The notes beneath the pieces were generated by a model. That model was not told the DNA's origin, searched no databases, and saw only the letters and a program-made list of their open reading frames with translations. A stretch of 63,980 nucleotides of DNA, filler included. It is 10 parts of 10 records of this genome, joined end to end, with 100 filler letters (N's around TTAATTAATTAA, not from the genome) between each part and the next. Parts side by side here need not be neighbours in the genome. Positions count along the whole stretch, not along the records: positions 26,981 to 33,687 come from SRR31147125_62891; positions 33,788 to 40,301 come from SRR31147125_62990; 8 more parts are not named here. One strand, written 5' to 3'. The position numbers were made by a program, and so were the translations under genes. Below, piece after piece: positions 29,660 through 40,183 of this stretch (position 1 is its first letter; each line of letters begins with the position of its first letter).

Positions 29660-32525
29660 TGAAATCACGATTTTTACTCGTAATTATAACCTTGCTTTTT
29701 CCTTGTTTATTAACTGCTAAAGATGTTCGTTTAACTTGTTCAGCTGATCTGGCTATCAGACAACACAAGGCATCATTTTCAAATGATTATACTGAGGCTA
29801 ATTTGGGAAAAGCTGATATTTTACCTTTTCATGGCATCCACTATACTGGCGGACCCAATGAGTGTGGTTCCCTGATGCTATTTAATTTTGACATGACCCC
29901 TCTCAAATCGAAAATTCCCGGTAAGGCGACATTGTACCTTCGAGGTGAAAATGATATATCCGAATTGAGTGTGGTTTCAGTGTCAACTGTTTCCTCACCC
30001 TGGGTTGAAGGTGATGGAGTTGGTGATAGTCCAGTGGATAATGGTGCAGGTGCCTCATCGCATTGGGCTTCCTATAAAAAGCACCGCTGGATTAAATCCG
30101 ATCCACAAAGCGAATTAATTGATATCAGCTTTGGATTTGGTTATTCCATGTGGGAATCCGTGCGAGTCAGACATGAACAAAATGGCTGGATTGCTATTGA
30201 TATTCCGCAAAAAATTATGAATGCTTTGAATGTGGGTGCCAGTTATGGTATTGCTCTTTCAGAAGATAAAGGGCAGTTAAATTATGTTTACAAGCTTTTT
30301 CCCGGGAATCATCAGGGAATGAACCTTATATGAGCGTGACGGATGTGATCGATGGCGATAATGTATCCCCGAACTCATTTTCTTATGTGAGCGCGGAAGC
30401 ATGCACTGATTTAGCAACAATGCAGACAGGCGCCATCAATATCGAGTTTAAGGCTCCAAAGGGAGATGTGGTGGCATACCATGTGACAGCTGAATCTCTG
30501 AGAGAAAAACAGCCTGTCCCGCGTTATATTATTCCCTTTCCTCTATCTGCTGGTTCCTGGCAAAAAATAAAAGTCACAGGTATCGCTCCGGAACAAACTT
30601 ACACTTTTTCACTGTCAGCAGTCGGTCGTGATGGAACGCGTTCCAGGGCCGTCAGAGTCAGTGCCAAATCGTCACCGGTATTACCTGCTACTACACCCCT
30701 GGTTATAAAGAATAAAGAGATCCATTCCGGACAGCCTCTGTCATTAGAGAATGGGATTAAAGTCTGGGCTTATGATGCGAATTGCAAAGCTCATCCTGTG
30801 AGTGGTAATTTATTGGAAGAAGTGGGTTTGAATAAATATGCCGGACCATCTAAAGGGATTTATCGGCAAGGAAATTATATCTGGAATGGTAAAAAACAAT
30901 CTGTTGAAATTTCAGGCTGCAAAAACGAATTCGTCACTTTCAATTTATGTGTTGAAGCAGTGAATGGACTATCAAAGGGACATATTAATATAGGTAATTT
31001 CAGGTCTGCTAAAGATAATCAGGTATTAAAGATGCCATTTTCCACAATATATCGTATTTGGTATCTTAAGGATGGTGAGTGGATGCCGGAATTAGCCCTG
31101 CCTGTGCAGGATACCTTTTCTATTCCGGCCAGAGACAATAAAATATCAGGACAAAAAAATCAATCTTTTTTGGTTGAATTACTGGTACCACGTGGTGCAG
31201 AACCAGGTAAATATACCGGTAGTCTCATCTTTAAAGCGGAAAACAAAAAATCTATTGAAATACCAGTAGAATTATCGGTATGGAATTTTGAGCTGCCTGA
31301 CAAGCTTTCCTTCAATGTTGAGTTGAATGCCTATGATTGGCGAGCATGTACAACCGAGTATTTTCGTGTGGCGCATTTCAATCGAGCCACGCTAAACGCT
31401 TTACCTTACACCCAGGAAGGTGTTGTAAATCCTGCGACTGTGCCAATTCTCGATGAAACATCCGGGAAAATGAAAATTAAAAACTGGCACCCGTACGAAA
31501 AGACATATGGGGCGCTTTACGATGGATCAGCTTTTAAGGATGCCCCCCGAAAAGGCGTGCCAATCCCGGTGCAATATCTGCCCATGCATGAAAACTGGCC
31601 TGCTGGTTTTCATGCCAATATAAAATATAATCCACAGAAAACGGATTATCCAGAATGGGTAAAAGATATTGCACTCAACGCTCCACCTGTCGATGACTTA
31701 TTTTCAAAGGATTATACAGATAGCTTTGTGAAAATAACCCGTGAATTTGTGGACCATTTTAAAGAAAAAAAATGGCAAGATACCGAGATGCAGTTTTATC
31801 TCAATAATAAACGAAGTTTTAACAAAGGAAAAATGAGCTGGTGGATTCTGGATGAACCGCAGCATATTGATGATGTTCTGGCGTTGAGATTTTATGGTAA
31901 CCTGTTTAAATCCGGATTGACAGAAAAAGAAAAATCCTCTTTTGTTTTTCGTACGGATATTTCCCGTCCTCAATTTTCGCGAAATCTCCTGGATGATGTT
32001 TGTGATTGTATGTATGTTTCACGCGCATTTTTTGATAAAAACAATCTAATTCAAAAAATGATAAAAGACGGAATGAAATTCATTCAGTATGGAACTGCGA
32101 ATAGAATCAGAACTTCGAATTTAACAACTGTTCTCTGGCCATTAAGGGCCTATATCTATGGTGCTGATGGTATTTTACCCTGGGATTCGTTTGGTAAAGA
32201 AGATAATTATACTCGACCGAGCTCCACTGCTTTGCTGATTTTAGGAAAACCTGTTGGATTTGATACGGTCCTGGCGAGTCTGAGGTTAAAATCCATGAGA
32301 AGAGGTGAACAGGATATCGAATATCTGAAACTTCTTGAAAAAAAGAAGGGATATAACAGACAACAAATTCAAAAACTTGTTCTGGATGTACTCAATATGC
32401 AGTCCTCTGTAGAAACAAGAGACAGACTGGGTTTTGAAGACGCCGGATCGATTACATTTGACAATGTAAATAGCCAGCAACTGTATGAGTTGCGTAGAGC
32501 CATTGCAAATGCTTTATTAGAATAA
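29659..32525 (+). CDS. Large secreted DUF4091 / GH123-like protein, probably one gene split near 30320
   Basis: Signal peptide and N-terminal beta-domain in ORF 29659-30333; GCKNEFVTFNL, LSVWNFELP, LDEP, SLRLKSMRRGEQDIEYL in ORF 30330-32525. Confidence 0.65.
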
Positions 32526-32544
32526 ATATTTTTGGAGTTTATAA

Positions 32545-33549
32545 ATGCTCAAGATTGGAATAATTGGGGGAGGCGCTATTGCACAGGTTCATGCTCAGGT
32601 GATTGAGACCAATGTAGAGAGTCAGTTTGTAGCGTTAGCAGAATTAAGACCTGACGTCCGGAAGGATTATTCCCGTAAATATGGCATCAAAACATTTGAA
32701 GATTATAAAAACATGTTACAAAAAGTTGATCTGGATGCTGTTGTGGTATGTTTGCCGCATCATCTGCATTTGCCTGCAGCTAATGCGGCCATGAAAGCGG
32801 ATCTTCATGTCCTGCTTGAAAAACCTATGGAAATAAGCGTCGAACGTTGTGATGAGTTGATTGAATGTTCCCTGAAATATGGAAAGAAATTATTTATCGC
32901 TCACCCGCAGCGATACCTTCCGATGGTAAAAGACATAAAAAACGAACTTTTAGCCGAAACAGTTGGAAAACCATTGATGGGCTCGGTGGTTCACTATTGT
33001 CAATATTATACCCAAGGGCGGCCGAACTGGTTTAAAGAAAAAAGTAAAGCCGGAGGCGGAAATTTAATGAACCATGGTGTTCATTACATTGACAGACTAT
33101 CCTGGCTGTTTGATAGTCGGGTAAAACAAGTTCATGCTCGTTTGCAATATGACAAAACGTATTGTGAACAGGAAAGTATTGTCAATTTAATGCTTGTTTT
33201 TGAGAATGATTTAACCGCAACCATCCTTCTCTCCGGGGCCGGTGGAAACAGGCAACATACCGAGCTTGCCTGTTCGCAGGGTATTATAAGCTATGATGGT
33301 AATAGCAATGAACTATTAATCCAAAAAAATATATCGGATAAGGAATGGTATGGGAAACTTGATGAGCATAAAAAAAAGGTAGACGAAAATTGGTCCCTGG
33401 CAATAAAGGATGCGTTCTCAGCCTTTGTCGATTGTATAAGAAATGATACGGAAGTGGCCATTTCCGGAGAATATGGAAAATATATTTTACAGGTTGTTAC
33501 CGCGGCATACGAATCAGATAAATCAGGAAAAGTGATAGATGTTTTCTAA
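32545..33549 (+). CDS. Gfo/Idh/MocA family oxidoreductase
   Basis: IGIIGGGAIA, HVLLEKP, GGGNLMNHGVHYID. Confidence 0.93.
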   Translation: MLKIGIIGGGAIAQVHAQVIETNVESQFVALAELRPDVRKDYSRKYGIKTFEDYKNMLQKVDLDAVVVCLPHHLHLPAANAAMKADLHVLLEKPMEISVERCDELIECSLKYGKKLFIAHPQRYLPMVKDIKNELLAETVGKPLMGSVVHYCQYYTQGRPNWFKEKSKAGGGNLMNHGVHYIDRLSWLFDSRVKQVHARLQYDKTYCEQESIVNLMLVFENDLTATILLSGAGGNRQHTELACSQGIISYDGNSNELLIQKNISDKEWYGKLDEHKKKVDENWSLAIKDAFSAFVDCIRNDTEVAISGEYGKYILQVVTAAYESDKSGKVIDVF

Positions 33550-33687
33550 TAAAAACAAGTATGGAATTGTATTTTTCTCGTTTGTATTAATCCTTGTTAC
33601 TTTGTCAACGAGTGCCTATTCACAGGTTCAGGTTTCAATTGAAAAAATGACCTTGACGACTTATGGGTGGGGAGTAGACAATAATCC
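33539..33687 (+). CDS. N-terminus of a secreted protein, DUF5107-like (truncated)
   Basis: Signal peptide followed by VQVSIEKMTLTTY. Confidence 0.45.
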
Positions 33688-33787
33688 NNNNNNNNNNNNN
33701 NNNNNNNNNNNNNNNNNNNNNNNNNNNNNNNTTAATTAATTAANNNNNNNNNNNNNNNNNNNNNNNNNNNNNNNNNNNNNNNNNNNN
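33688..33787. other. Artificial contig-joining spacer
   Basis: N44-TTAATTAATTAA-N44. Confidence 0.99.
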
Positions 33788-33789
33788 TT

Positions 33790-33900
33790 TTTCTTCGACA
33801 TTATTGTCGAGGTTTAGAAAAATATGTCGAAGAAACGATTCTCCAATTTAAGCAAACCCCTTGAAAATATGGAGTTATGTGATTGGCACAGTTGTTGATT
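33790..33900 (+). promoter_or_regulatory. Sigma54-type promoter with upstream palindromic activator sites
   Basis: TTGGCACAGTTGTTGATT at 33883-33900 (GG-N10-GA); inverted pair TTTCTTCGACAT (33790-33801) / ATGTCGAAGAAA (33824-33835). Confidence 0.55.
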
Positions 33901-33961
33901 GTCAATTCTATATAAAGGGACGTGATGGGGTATTTAATCAAGAATCAGAAAAAAATGAGGT

Positions 33962-34648
33962 ATGAAAAATGAATATGCAACGTTGCCGAAACTGGAAAGG
34001 TGGCAAAGGGATTGTATTGTCGCTATGTTTTTTTATGTTTTTTGTGCAGGCGGTCGGCACAGCCTAGGGGGGAACAACCGGTATGTGGTGGCAAAAGCCG
34101 ACAAGCACAAGCGCATTACTGTAATGAAAGTCTTACCGAAAGGGTATCGTACCGTCCGAGTGGGGAAAAAGGATTACTTTTATGTCGATGGCCGATTCTA
34201 TGCGCGTCACGCCAAGGGATTTGTGAGTTGTTCACCGCCGAGAGGGGCCGTGGTGCACGCCCTGCCGATTGCCGCAGCAACGGTGGTTATCGGGAGCCTG
34301 ACTTACTTCTTGCATGATGGGTGTTACTATCAAAAACGAGGGGATGTCTATATTGTGGTGGATCCACCGGGCCCGCGAAACAAGGCTGCGATAAAAGCGG
34401 CATCGACTCCGGCGGTACGGAAACCGGATATTGATCCGGGACAACTGGTTCGTGTCACAGTCGGTAAGCTCAACCTCCGTTCCGGCCCGGGAAAGCGCTA
34501 TCAGGTCTTGCGTCAGGTTCATCACGGTGATCTGTTGACCGTTGAGATGGAGAAAAGGGGATGGTGTTACGTTCAGCTCAAAAACGGCACCTTCGGATGG
34601 GTGATGGAAAAATATACACGGCCCGTGAGAAAGCTGGCCAAAGGGTGA
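33962..34648 (+). CDS. DUF6515-like + SH3b domain secreted protein
   Basis: LP.GY...YFYVDGRFY repeats; C-terminal LNLRSGPGKRY...GWCYVQ...GWV. Confidence 0.75.
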   Translation: MKNEYATLPKLERWQRDCIVAMFFYVFCAGGRHSLGGNNRYVVAKADKHKRITVMKVLPKGYRTVRVGKKDYFYVDGRFYARHAKGFVSCSPPRGAVVHALPIAAATVVIGSLTYFLHDGCYYQKRGDVYIVVDPPGPRNKAAIKAASTPAVRKPDIDPGQLVRVTVGKLNLRSGPGKRYQVLRQVHHGDLLTVEMEKRGWCYVQLKNGTFGWVMEKYTRPVRKLAKG

Positions 34649-34687
34649 ATTTAATAAATGAAAAATAAGGAGTGATGAGGAATTGAT

Positions 34688-35644
34688 ATGGGAAAGATGG
34701 TTGTTAAAACCCTAATATTAGTTGTGGCGATATTTACAATGATCAAATTGACAGGATGTGCGACCGCACCGGTTGCCGGCCAGTGGCATAATCCGGCTGA
34801 AAATGACTTGTCAAATGAAATTTCAGTGGCAGCTGACACTTCGGATGAGCACTCGAATGTCGATCCATCGGATGGTCATTGTCTCGATTTGCCTCCGCAG
34901 TACTATGACAAAAAGAAAAAGTTCAGTGTTCGCTTCATGAATGATGAGGATAACATCCTGATCTGCCTCAACACCCATGATGAGACCATGAAAAGAAAAC
35001 TGATGATGCAGGGATTTTCCCTTTGGATCGATCCGGATGGAGGAGAGCGGTATGCTTTGGGGATCACCGTGCCGGGAAAGTTAACCGGTAAGCGATCCCG
35101 GATGGCAAAAGGCGATGAGAATCCGTTTTCAATGATTGCCGCGGAAAAGGTCGAGTCATCAGAAATACCGGAAATACCGGCGACATCCGGGGCATCCGCT
35201 TCCCCTTCAGAGAGGTTTGGTAATGGTAAGAAACGTCCACCTATGGATCCCGAGATGATTGCGATGCCCAATGAAATCAAGGTGACCTATCCGGACACCA
35301 CCGCTGCCGTCCCCATGACAATGGAAGAGGCTGAAGCCCTGGGTATCGTGCTTTCTTTTGACTTGGAGCGCGGCTATATCTGTCAGCTCGATGTTCCGTT
35401 TTCCTTAGATCCATCTTTGGCATCGCTGAAAAAAGGCGGGATTGTGGGGGTCGGGTTTGAGAGCGCAGCAAATCGGGAGGGCAACGAGCAGATGGGGCCC
35501 CCGGCCGGAATGGGCCGCGGAGGATCCGGCATGATGGGGATGGGACGATCCGGCATGGGTAAGATGAAGCGAAAGAGCGGTCATTTTCGAGCAATGATGG
35601 AGCCTTATAAAGTTTGGCTCAAAGTTGAGTTAGCTTCCGGATAA
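34688..35644 (+). CDS. Hypothetical lipoprotein with Gly/Met-rich C-terminal loop
   Basis: GAGG RBS; lipobox LTG-C; GMGRGGSGMMGMG. Confidence 0.7.
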   Translation: MGKMVVKTLILVVAIFTMIKLTGCATAPVAGQWHNPAENDLSNEISVAADTSDEHSNVDPSDGHCLDLPPQYYDKKKKFSVRFMNDEDNILICLNTHDETMKRKLMMQGFSLWIDPDGGERYALGITVPGKLTGKRSRMAKGDENPFSMIAAEKVESSEIPEIPATSGASASPSERFGNGKKRPPMDPEMIAMPNEIKVTYPDTTAAVPMTMEEAEALGIVLSFDLERGYICQLDVPFSLDPSLASLKKGGIVGVGFESAANREGNEQMGPPAGMGRGGSGMMGMGRSGMGKMKRKSGHFRAMMEPYKVWLKVELASG

Positions 35645-35691
35645 TCGCCGGATACATTGACAACGGCGATGGACTGTTTGATCGAAAAACC

Positions 35692-36297
35692 TCATTTCGG
35701 AGGCGACGCTTTGATTTCTTTGTATCGAAAACAGTCCGTGGTGTGATCGTTAACCATACCGACAGCCTGCATGAATGCATAGCAAATAGTGGCGCCGATA
35801 AATTTGAATCCCCGTTTTTTAAGGTCTTTACTCATGACGTCGGAGAGGTCTGTCATCGCGGGAACATCCGCTATGGTTTTCCATTCGTTTTGAATGGGGG
35901 TGCCATCGACGTAGCGCCAAAGGAATTCGTCCAAAGAGCCGAACGTTTCGATCACGGCCAGGGTCGCCTGTGCGTTGGTTACGGCAGATTGGATTTTGAG
36001 TCGATTACGCACAATGCCCGGATTATTCAGCAGACGCTCTAAGTCTTTGTCGGTATATGAAGCGATCTTTTGAACGCCGAATCCATGGAATGCGTTTCGG
36101 TATTCGTCTCTTTTGTTAAGGATGGTGAGCCAGTTCAACCCTGCCTGAGCCCCTTCCAGGATGAGGAATTCAAACAGAAGACGGTCGTCATGGACGGGGA
36201 CACCCCACTCCTCATCATGATAGGCTTGGTAAATCGGAGTCTCTCCACACCACGCGCATCTTGTTTTCATCGTCTCATTCATTTGTTCACCGCACAT
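35692..36297 (-). CDS. tag: DNA-3-methyladenine glycosylase I
   Basis: RCAW, YHDEEWG, LEGAQAGL, IVRNRLKI, QAVGMVNDH. Confidence 0.96.
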   Translation of the reverse strand: MCGEQMNETMKTRCAWCGETPIYQAYHDEEWGVPVHDDRLLFEFLILEGAQAGLNWLTILNKRDEYRNAFHGFGVQKIASYTDKDLERLLNNPGIVRNRLKIQSAVTNAQATLAVIETFGSLDEFLWRYVDGTPIQNEWKTIADVPAMTDLSDVMSKDLKKRGFKFIGATICYAFMQAVGMVNDHTTDCFRYKEIKASPPK

Positions 36298-36309
36298 GAG
36301 ATCGTCACC

Positions 36310-36942
36310 TCAGCTTTGTTTTACAGCCACGGCACAATTCAGGAGAAATGATTTCCCCTGTTTTGATATGACGTCGATACTTCCGGCAAACCCTGAATCT
36401 CTCAGAATAGTTTTTACATCATTGTTAGAATAGAGGCGGAATACCTCCGAGCTGAGCTGTTTTTTCTTCAACTCTTCTTTGTCCCCGAATCCGATGACGA
36501 GTTTTCCTCCCGGCTTCAGGGTTTTTAAAATTTTTTCAGCGGTTTTCACAGGGTCGGGCCAAAAATAAATCGTATTGGCACTACATACTTTATCAAAGGA
36601 ATTCTCACTGTAGGGCGTGTCTTCAAAACTGCCTTTCCGGATCCTCACTCTTCCTTCTTTCAGATAGTTTTTGTTCTTTTTCCGGGCGATTGATACCATG
36701 GTCTCTGAGAAATCGATTCCCTCGATGATTCCTTGTGTTGTTATCGGAGCCATATCGTTGATCAGTCGGCCCGTACCAAAACCGATTTCCAGGATATGAT
36801 CCGTCTCTTTTGGTGACAAAAGCTCTTTCATGAAGGTATTGAGATCGGCATTGCCTTTTTCAAAAATAGGCGACATGACCATCCGCCCGAATATTCCGCT
36901 TGGTTTTTCGGCCTGTTTTGAGAAGAATTCCTTAAACCGCAT
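36310..36942 (-). CDS. Class I SAM-dependent methyltransferase
   Basis: ILEIGFGTG, GIDFSE, NTIYFW, LKPGG. Confidence 0.92.
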   Translation of the reverse strand: MRFKEFFSKQAEKPSGIFGRMVMSPIFEKGNADLNTFMKELLSPKETDHILEIGFGTGRLINDMAPITTQGIIEGIDFSETMVSIARKKNKNYLKEGRVRIRKGSFEDTPYSENSFDKVCSANTIYFWPDPVKTAEKILKTLKPGGKLVIGFGDKEELKKKQLSSEVFRLYSNNDVKTILRDSGFAGSIDVISKQGKSFLLNCAVAVKQS

Positions 36943-36944
36943 AT

Positions 36945-37391
36945 TTAGTCCTTTTCTCTATCGATTACTTTGACATCAATAACAATACGACCCAAACCGC
37001 CACACTGAACGCCGACATCGAAGCATGCTGCCCGATTAAATCTCATTTTGTTTGGATCTTCACCCACGAGTAATAGTTCCGTAACTGCGAAAATCTGAGG
37101 GACAATTGCGTTGAGGGCATAAATACATATCTTTTGGGGGCTTTTATCGGTCAACAGATTGCCAAAACAATCAAAAAGGATTGTATCGCCAATCTTATGC
37201 CCGCTATTACATCCATGAGATTCAAAAACCTCGGCCAGGATGGTTTTGCCCATGAGATGAGGTGCTTTGGATAGAAAAGGTCTATTCTTTGGGTTCTTTT
37301 TGAATTGTTCCTGCTGTTTGTCGTCATATCCCAAATGAGTTTTCATGTACCTCCATTGCACAGCCTTCCACACCACTTGTTTGATTCCCAT
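36945..37391 (-). CDS. Cys-containing hypothetical protein (TIGR04076-like)
   Basis: GCNSGHKIGD, ICIYAL, CFDVG..CGG; ATG 37391 preferred. Confidence 0.55.
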   Translation of the reverse strand: MGIKQVVWKAVQWRYMKTHLGYDDKQQEQFKKNPKNRPFLSKAPHLMGKTILAEVFESHGCNSGHKIGDTILFDCFGNLLTDKSPQKICIYALNAIVPQIFAVTELLLVGEDPNKMRFNRAACFDVGVQCGGLGRIVIDVKVIDREKD

Positions 37392-37514
37392 GGTTGTTTT
37401 CCAAAACAAACGCAACAATAAGATCGACTCCCGTACACCACTTTTTGAATCCAACGTCTCCAAGGCGTGCTGGAAACTGCTCAAAAAGCCGTCCATCGGT
37501 TTTGATGATATCGA

Positions 37515-37946
37515 TTAAGTGTTGGATTTATCCAACGGTAAAATTCTGTACTTTATATCATCACAATACTCAAAGCCAAGCGATTCCCAAAAAATATCAC
37601 CGGAAATATTGTCTGAGTTGACAAATAATCCTATTTTGGTAATATTTTCATTTTTCAGCGATTCAATGACAGTTTTCACCAGTTTTTTTCCTATACCTCG
37701 CCCCCGATAATTTTCTTTTACAACAGTATGGTAAATGAAGCCTTTTCTTCCATCGTGTCCACAGAGAATTCCACCGATAATATTTCCATTGATTTTACAA
37801 ACGAAATTGTTATTTGGATTTCTTTTTAAAAATTTCTCAACGCCTTCTTTCGAATCATCGATCCTTCGTAATGTCACTCCATTTGTGTTGGACCAGATTT
37901 GATGAATTTCCTCATAATCCTCAATTTTCATTTTTTCAATAATCAT
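37515..37946 (-). CDS. GNAT family acetyltransferase
   Basis: ILCGHDGRKG, YRGRGIG, FWESLGF; ATG 37946. Confidence 0.9.
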   Translation of the reverse strand: MIIEKMKIEDYEEIHQIWSNTNGVTLRRIDDSKEGVEKFLKRNPNNNFVCKINGNIIGGILCGHDGRKGFIYHTVVKENYRGRGIGKKLVKTVIESLKNENITKIGLFVNSDNISGDIFWESLGFEYCDDIKYRILPLDKSNT

Positions 37947-38125
37947 GGTTTCATCGCTCTCCGAATGGATACCTCGGTTCCCCATACGAAAGAAAAGCAT
38001 GTACAGCGGTATATCCTTTGAGATCCACTTTGAAGTTCACGAATATTTCGGTGATGTCTCAAACTTGAATGTTCGTTATAATTCCTTGTATGATGTCTGA
38101 TTTGAGCAAGGGCTTTTTATTCAAG

Positions 38126-38216
38126 CCGCTAACGAGTCTGTCGAATACGTCCGAAGTTGAGGAAAAATTGAGACTTCACTAATTAAAATATAGTACCCCC
38201 GGCTTTACCGGGGGCT
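38126..38216. mobile_element. IS200/IS605-type end remnant (no transposase)
   Basis: CCCCCGG-CTTTA-CCGGGGG hairpin at 38196-38214 resembles IS200/IS605 subterminal hairpins. Confidence 0.45.
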
Positions 38217-38265
38217 TACAAACGCTTGACATCCATAATTTGGTAAAGGAATTGCATATGCTAAT

Positions 38266-38673
38266 TTATTTTTGGAATTGATAATGAAACTTGTCCCCTT
38301 CTCTAGACCAGACAACACCGCAGTGCGGGCAAGTATCTCCAATACTCGATGCACAGGAAACTTTCTTTCTACAGGCCTGACATTCTTTTGTCATAAACAA
38401 TTCCTCCAATCGGCCATCTTCTGGAGTAAAAACCAAGTGATTGCCATTGTGGTCAAGAATATCCTGTTGCTTCAATAGACCATAATCGACCAAATCAATA
38501 GGGCTTTTTGGATTGTCACCGAGATCAACATAATAAGAAGCAACGGCAGCTTCAATTGCCTTTCTTTTAGCAACGTCTGCATTGCTTTTATCGCCACAAG
38601 AACAAATAAAGCTTAAAGAGATTAAGCCAAGCAACACTGCCGAAAATGAAAAACATTTCCTTTTTGAACTCAT
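38266..38673 (-). CDS. Hypothetical lipoprotein with C-terminal zinc ribbon
   Basis: AAGGAGG RBS; lipobox ICSC; CQAC...CPHC. Confidence 0.7.
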   Translation of the reverse strand: MSSKRKCFSFSAVLLGLISLSFICSCGDKSNADVAKRKAIEAAVASYYVDLGDNPKSPIDLVDYGLLKQQDILDHNGNHLVFTPEDGRLEELFMTKECQACRKKVSCASSIGDTCPHCGVVWSREGDKFHYQFQK

Positions 38674-38717
38674 ACATCCTCCTTAACATTACTTATTTGG
38701 ATAATACTTTTATCATA

Positions 38718-38794
38718 TGTCGGAACTTATGATTATTGACGTATTTTCTTAAGCGACACAGCCCCCCCGGTCCGACTTAATGCCTGGTTCGACA
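38718..38794 (-). repeat. attC-like site (R'' end) downstream of the S41 peptidase gene
   Basis: TGTCGAAC 5 nt after the stop on the minus strand, followed by CAGGCATTAAGTCGGACC; right half atypical. Confidence 0.45.
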
Positions 38795-38799
38795 TTTGT

Positions 38800-40047
38800 T
38801 CACTGAGTTTGTATTTCCTTATTTGTCAGTTGTTCCACAAGATGCTCAACCGCCTTTTCCAACTGCTCATCGTGTCCGGCGCAGTACTGAACATCAAACG
38901 GTACTTCAATGTCAGGAGCAACTCCGACCCCTTCCAGGTTCACACCATCGATGCGACAACTTTGTATAGCAAGAAACAGCACATCACCACTGGACAGTGG
39001 AAAAAGGCGGCCGCCGAGGGTCTGACCCGCTGTGGTTTCTCCAATGACGGTTGCCAGATGATATTTTTTTGCACCGAATGCCAGCAGTTCCTTTCCGCTT
39101 CGGCTAAATGCGTTTATCAAATAGACAGCCGGTTTTCTCCACTGCGAATCAACAGTGCTTTTCTTACCATCTCTGTGGGTCATCTTAAGAACCGGAATAT
39201 TCCGGTTAAAAATATTAAGATAGTACGGCCATGCCCCGCCCAGACCATACCGTAAATCAATGATTAAGGCATTTGCATTTTTCAACGCCCCCCATACAAG
39301 TGCATTGATTAGTTCCTGATGATATTCTTCTCCAGCATAAGAATACATATGAATATACCCGATTTTCGTACCGGCTCGTTCAATAATTCGGACACTGGAT
39401 TTCTGCGCATTCAAGAATTCTTGTTTGGGATTCACAAGCACCGGTTGCATTCCGAGTGTAAAGGGGGCGGCCTGCTCCCGTCGGCGAATTTTAAAGACCA
39501 CCTCCTTTCCGACAGATGATCGGAGTGACGCGATGGGCGTGTAGGGATCGTCATTGACGGCCAGGATTTCATCGCCTTTCAGTAATCCTGCTTTTTCAGC
39601 GACACTTCCTGCAAGGACGGAGACTATAAACACTCGTTTGTCAAAAACCTGGGTAATAATGCCAACCGTCGGATACAGCACGTCTTTTCCTTTAAACAGG
39701 TTCCCAATTTCTGGAATTTTTGAAAACAAGGCACAAAGCTGATAATACTCATAATCCTTCGGGGTTAAATAGTAGGTGTGGGAGGCATTCAATTCATCAA
39801 GCATGTTGTTCACCAAGTTAGAAAACGCTTTTTGAGAAGATACATGAGCAAGACGGTTGCGATAACCTGATTTAATTGCTGGAAACTCCAGAGTAATCTG
39901 GTTGGGATTGTAAAAATGGGTTTCAACGATATTTACGATTTCCTCAAACAGGTCTAAATTGGTGGACCTGGGATTTTCTGCTGTTGCTGACGCTGTTTTT
40001 AACAGGATAAGACATACACTGGCAGCTAAAAGAAGATGCTTTTTCAT
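38800..40047 (-). CDS. S41 family (tail-specific) peptidase with PDZ domain
   Basis: Signal peptide; LNASHT, GSVAEKAGL..GDEILAVN, IGYIH, LIIDLR, SRSGKE, IGETTAG, LEGVGVAPD. Confidence 0.92.
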   Translation of the reverse strand: MKKHLLLAASVCLILLKTASATAENPRSTNLDLFEEIVNIVETHFYNPNQITLEFPAIKSGYRNRLAHVSSQKAFSNLVNNMLDELNASHTYYLTPKDYEYYQLCALFSKIPEIGNLFKGKDVLYPTVGIITQVFDKRVFIVSVLAGSVAEKAGLLKGDEILAVNDDPYTPIASLRSSVGKEVVFKIRRREQAAPFTLGMQPVLVNPKQEFLNAQKSSVRIIERAGTKIGYIHMYSYAGEEYHQELINALVWGALKNANALIIDLRYGLGGAWPYYLNIFNRNIPVLKMTHRDGKKSTVDSQWRKPAVYLINAFSRSGKELLAFGAKKYHLATVIGETTAGQTLGGRLFPLSSGDVLFLAIQSCRIDGVNLEGVGVAPDIEVPFDVQYCAGHDEQLEKAVEHLVEQLTNKEIQTQ

Positions 40048-40091
40048 GGGAAGACCAATCTCATTTGTTTAATCAATAATCATTATTGCGT

Positions 40092-40183
40092 TGTCGAACG
40101 ATAAGCTCAGCCGATCGGGGCAAATTGCCGAGTACGTTGTGAAAGCCAAGTCCTTTCAAAAAGTTGCTAGAGCCATCCGGGGT
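40092..40183 (-). repeat. attC-like site (L'/R' half) upstream of the S41 peptidase gene
   Basis: Minus strand ...CGGCTGAGCTTATCGTTCGACA, typical attC right-end layout; its core is complementary to the R'' box at 38787-38794. Confidence 0.55.
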
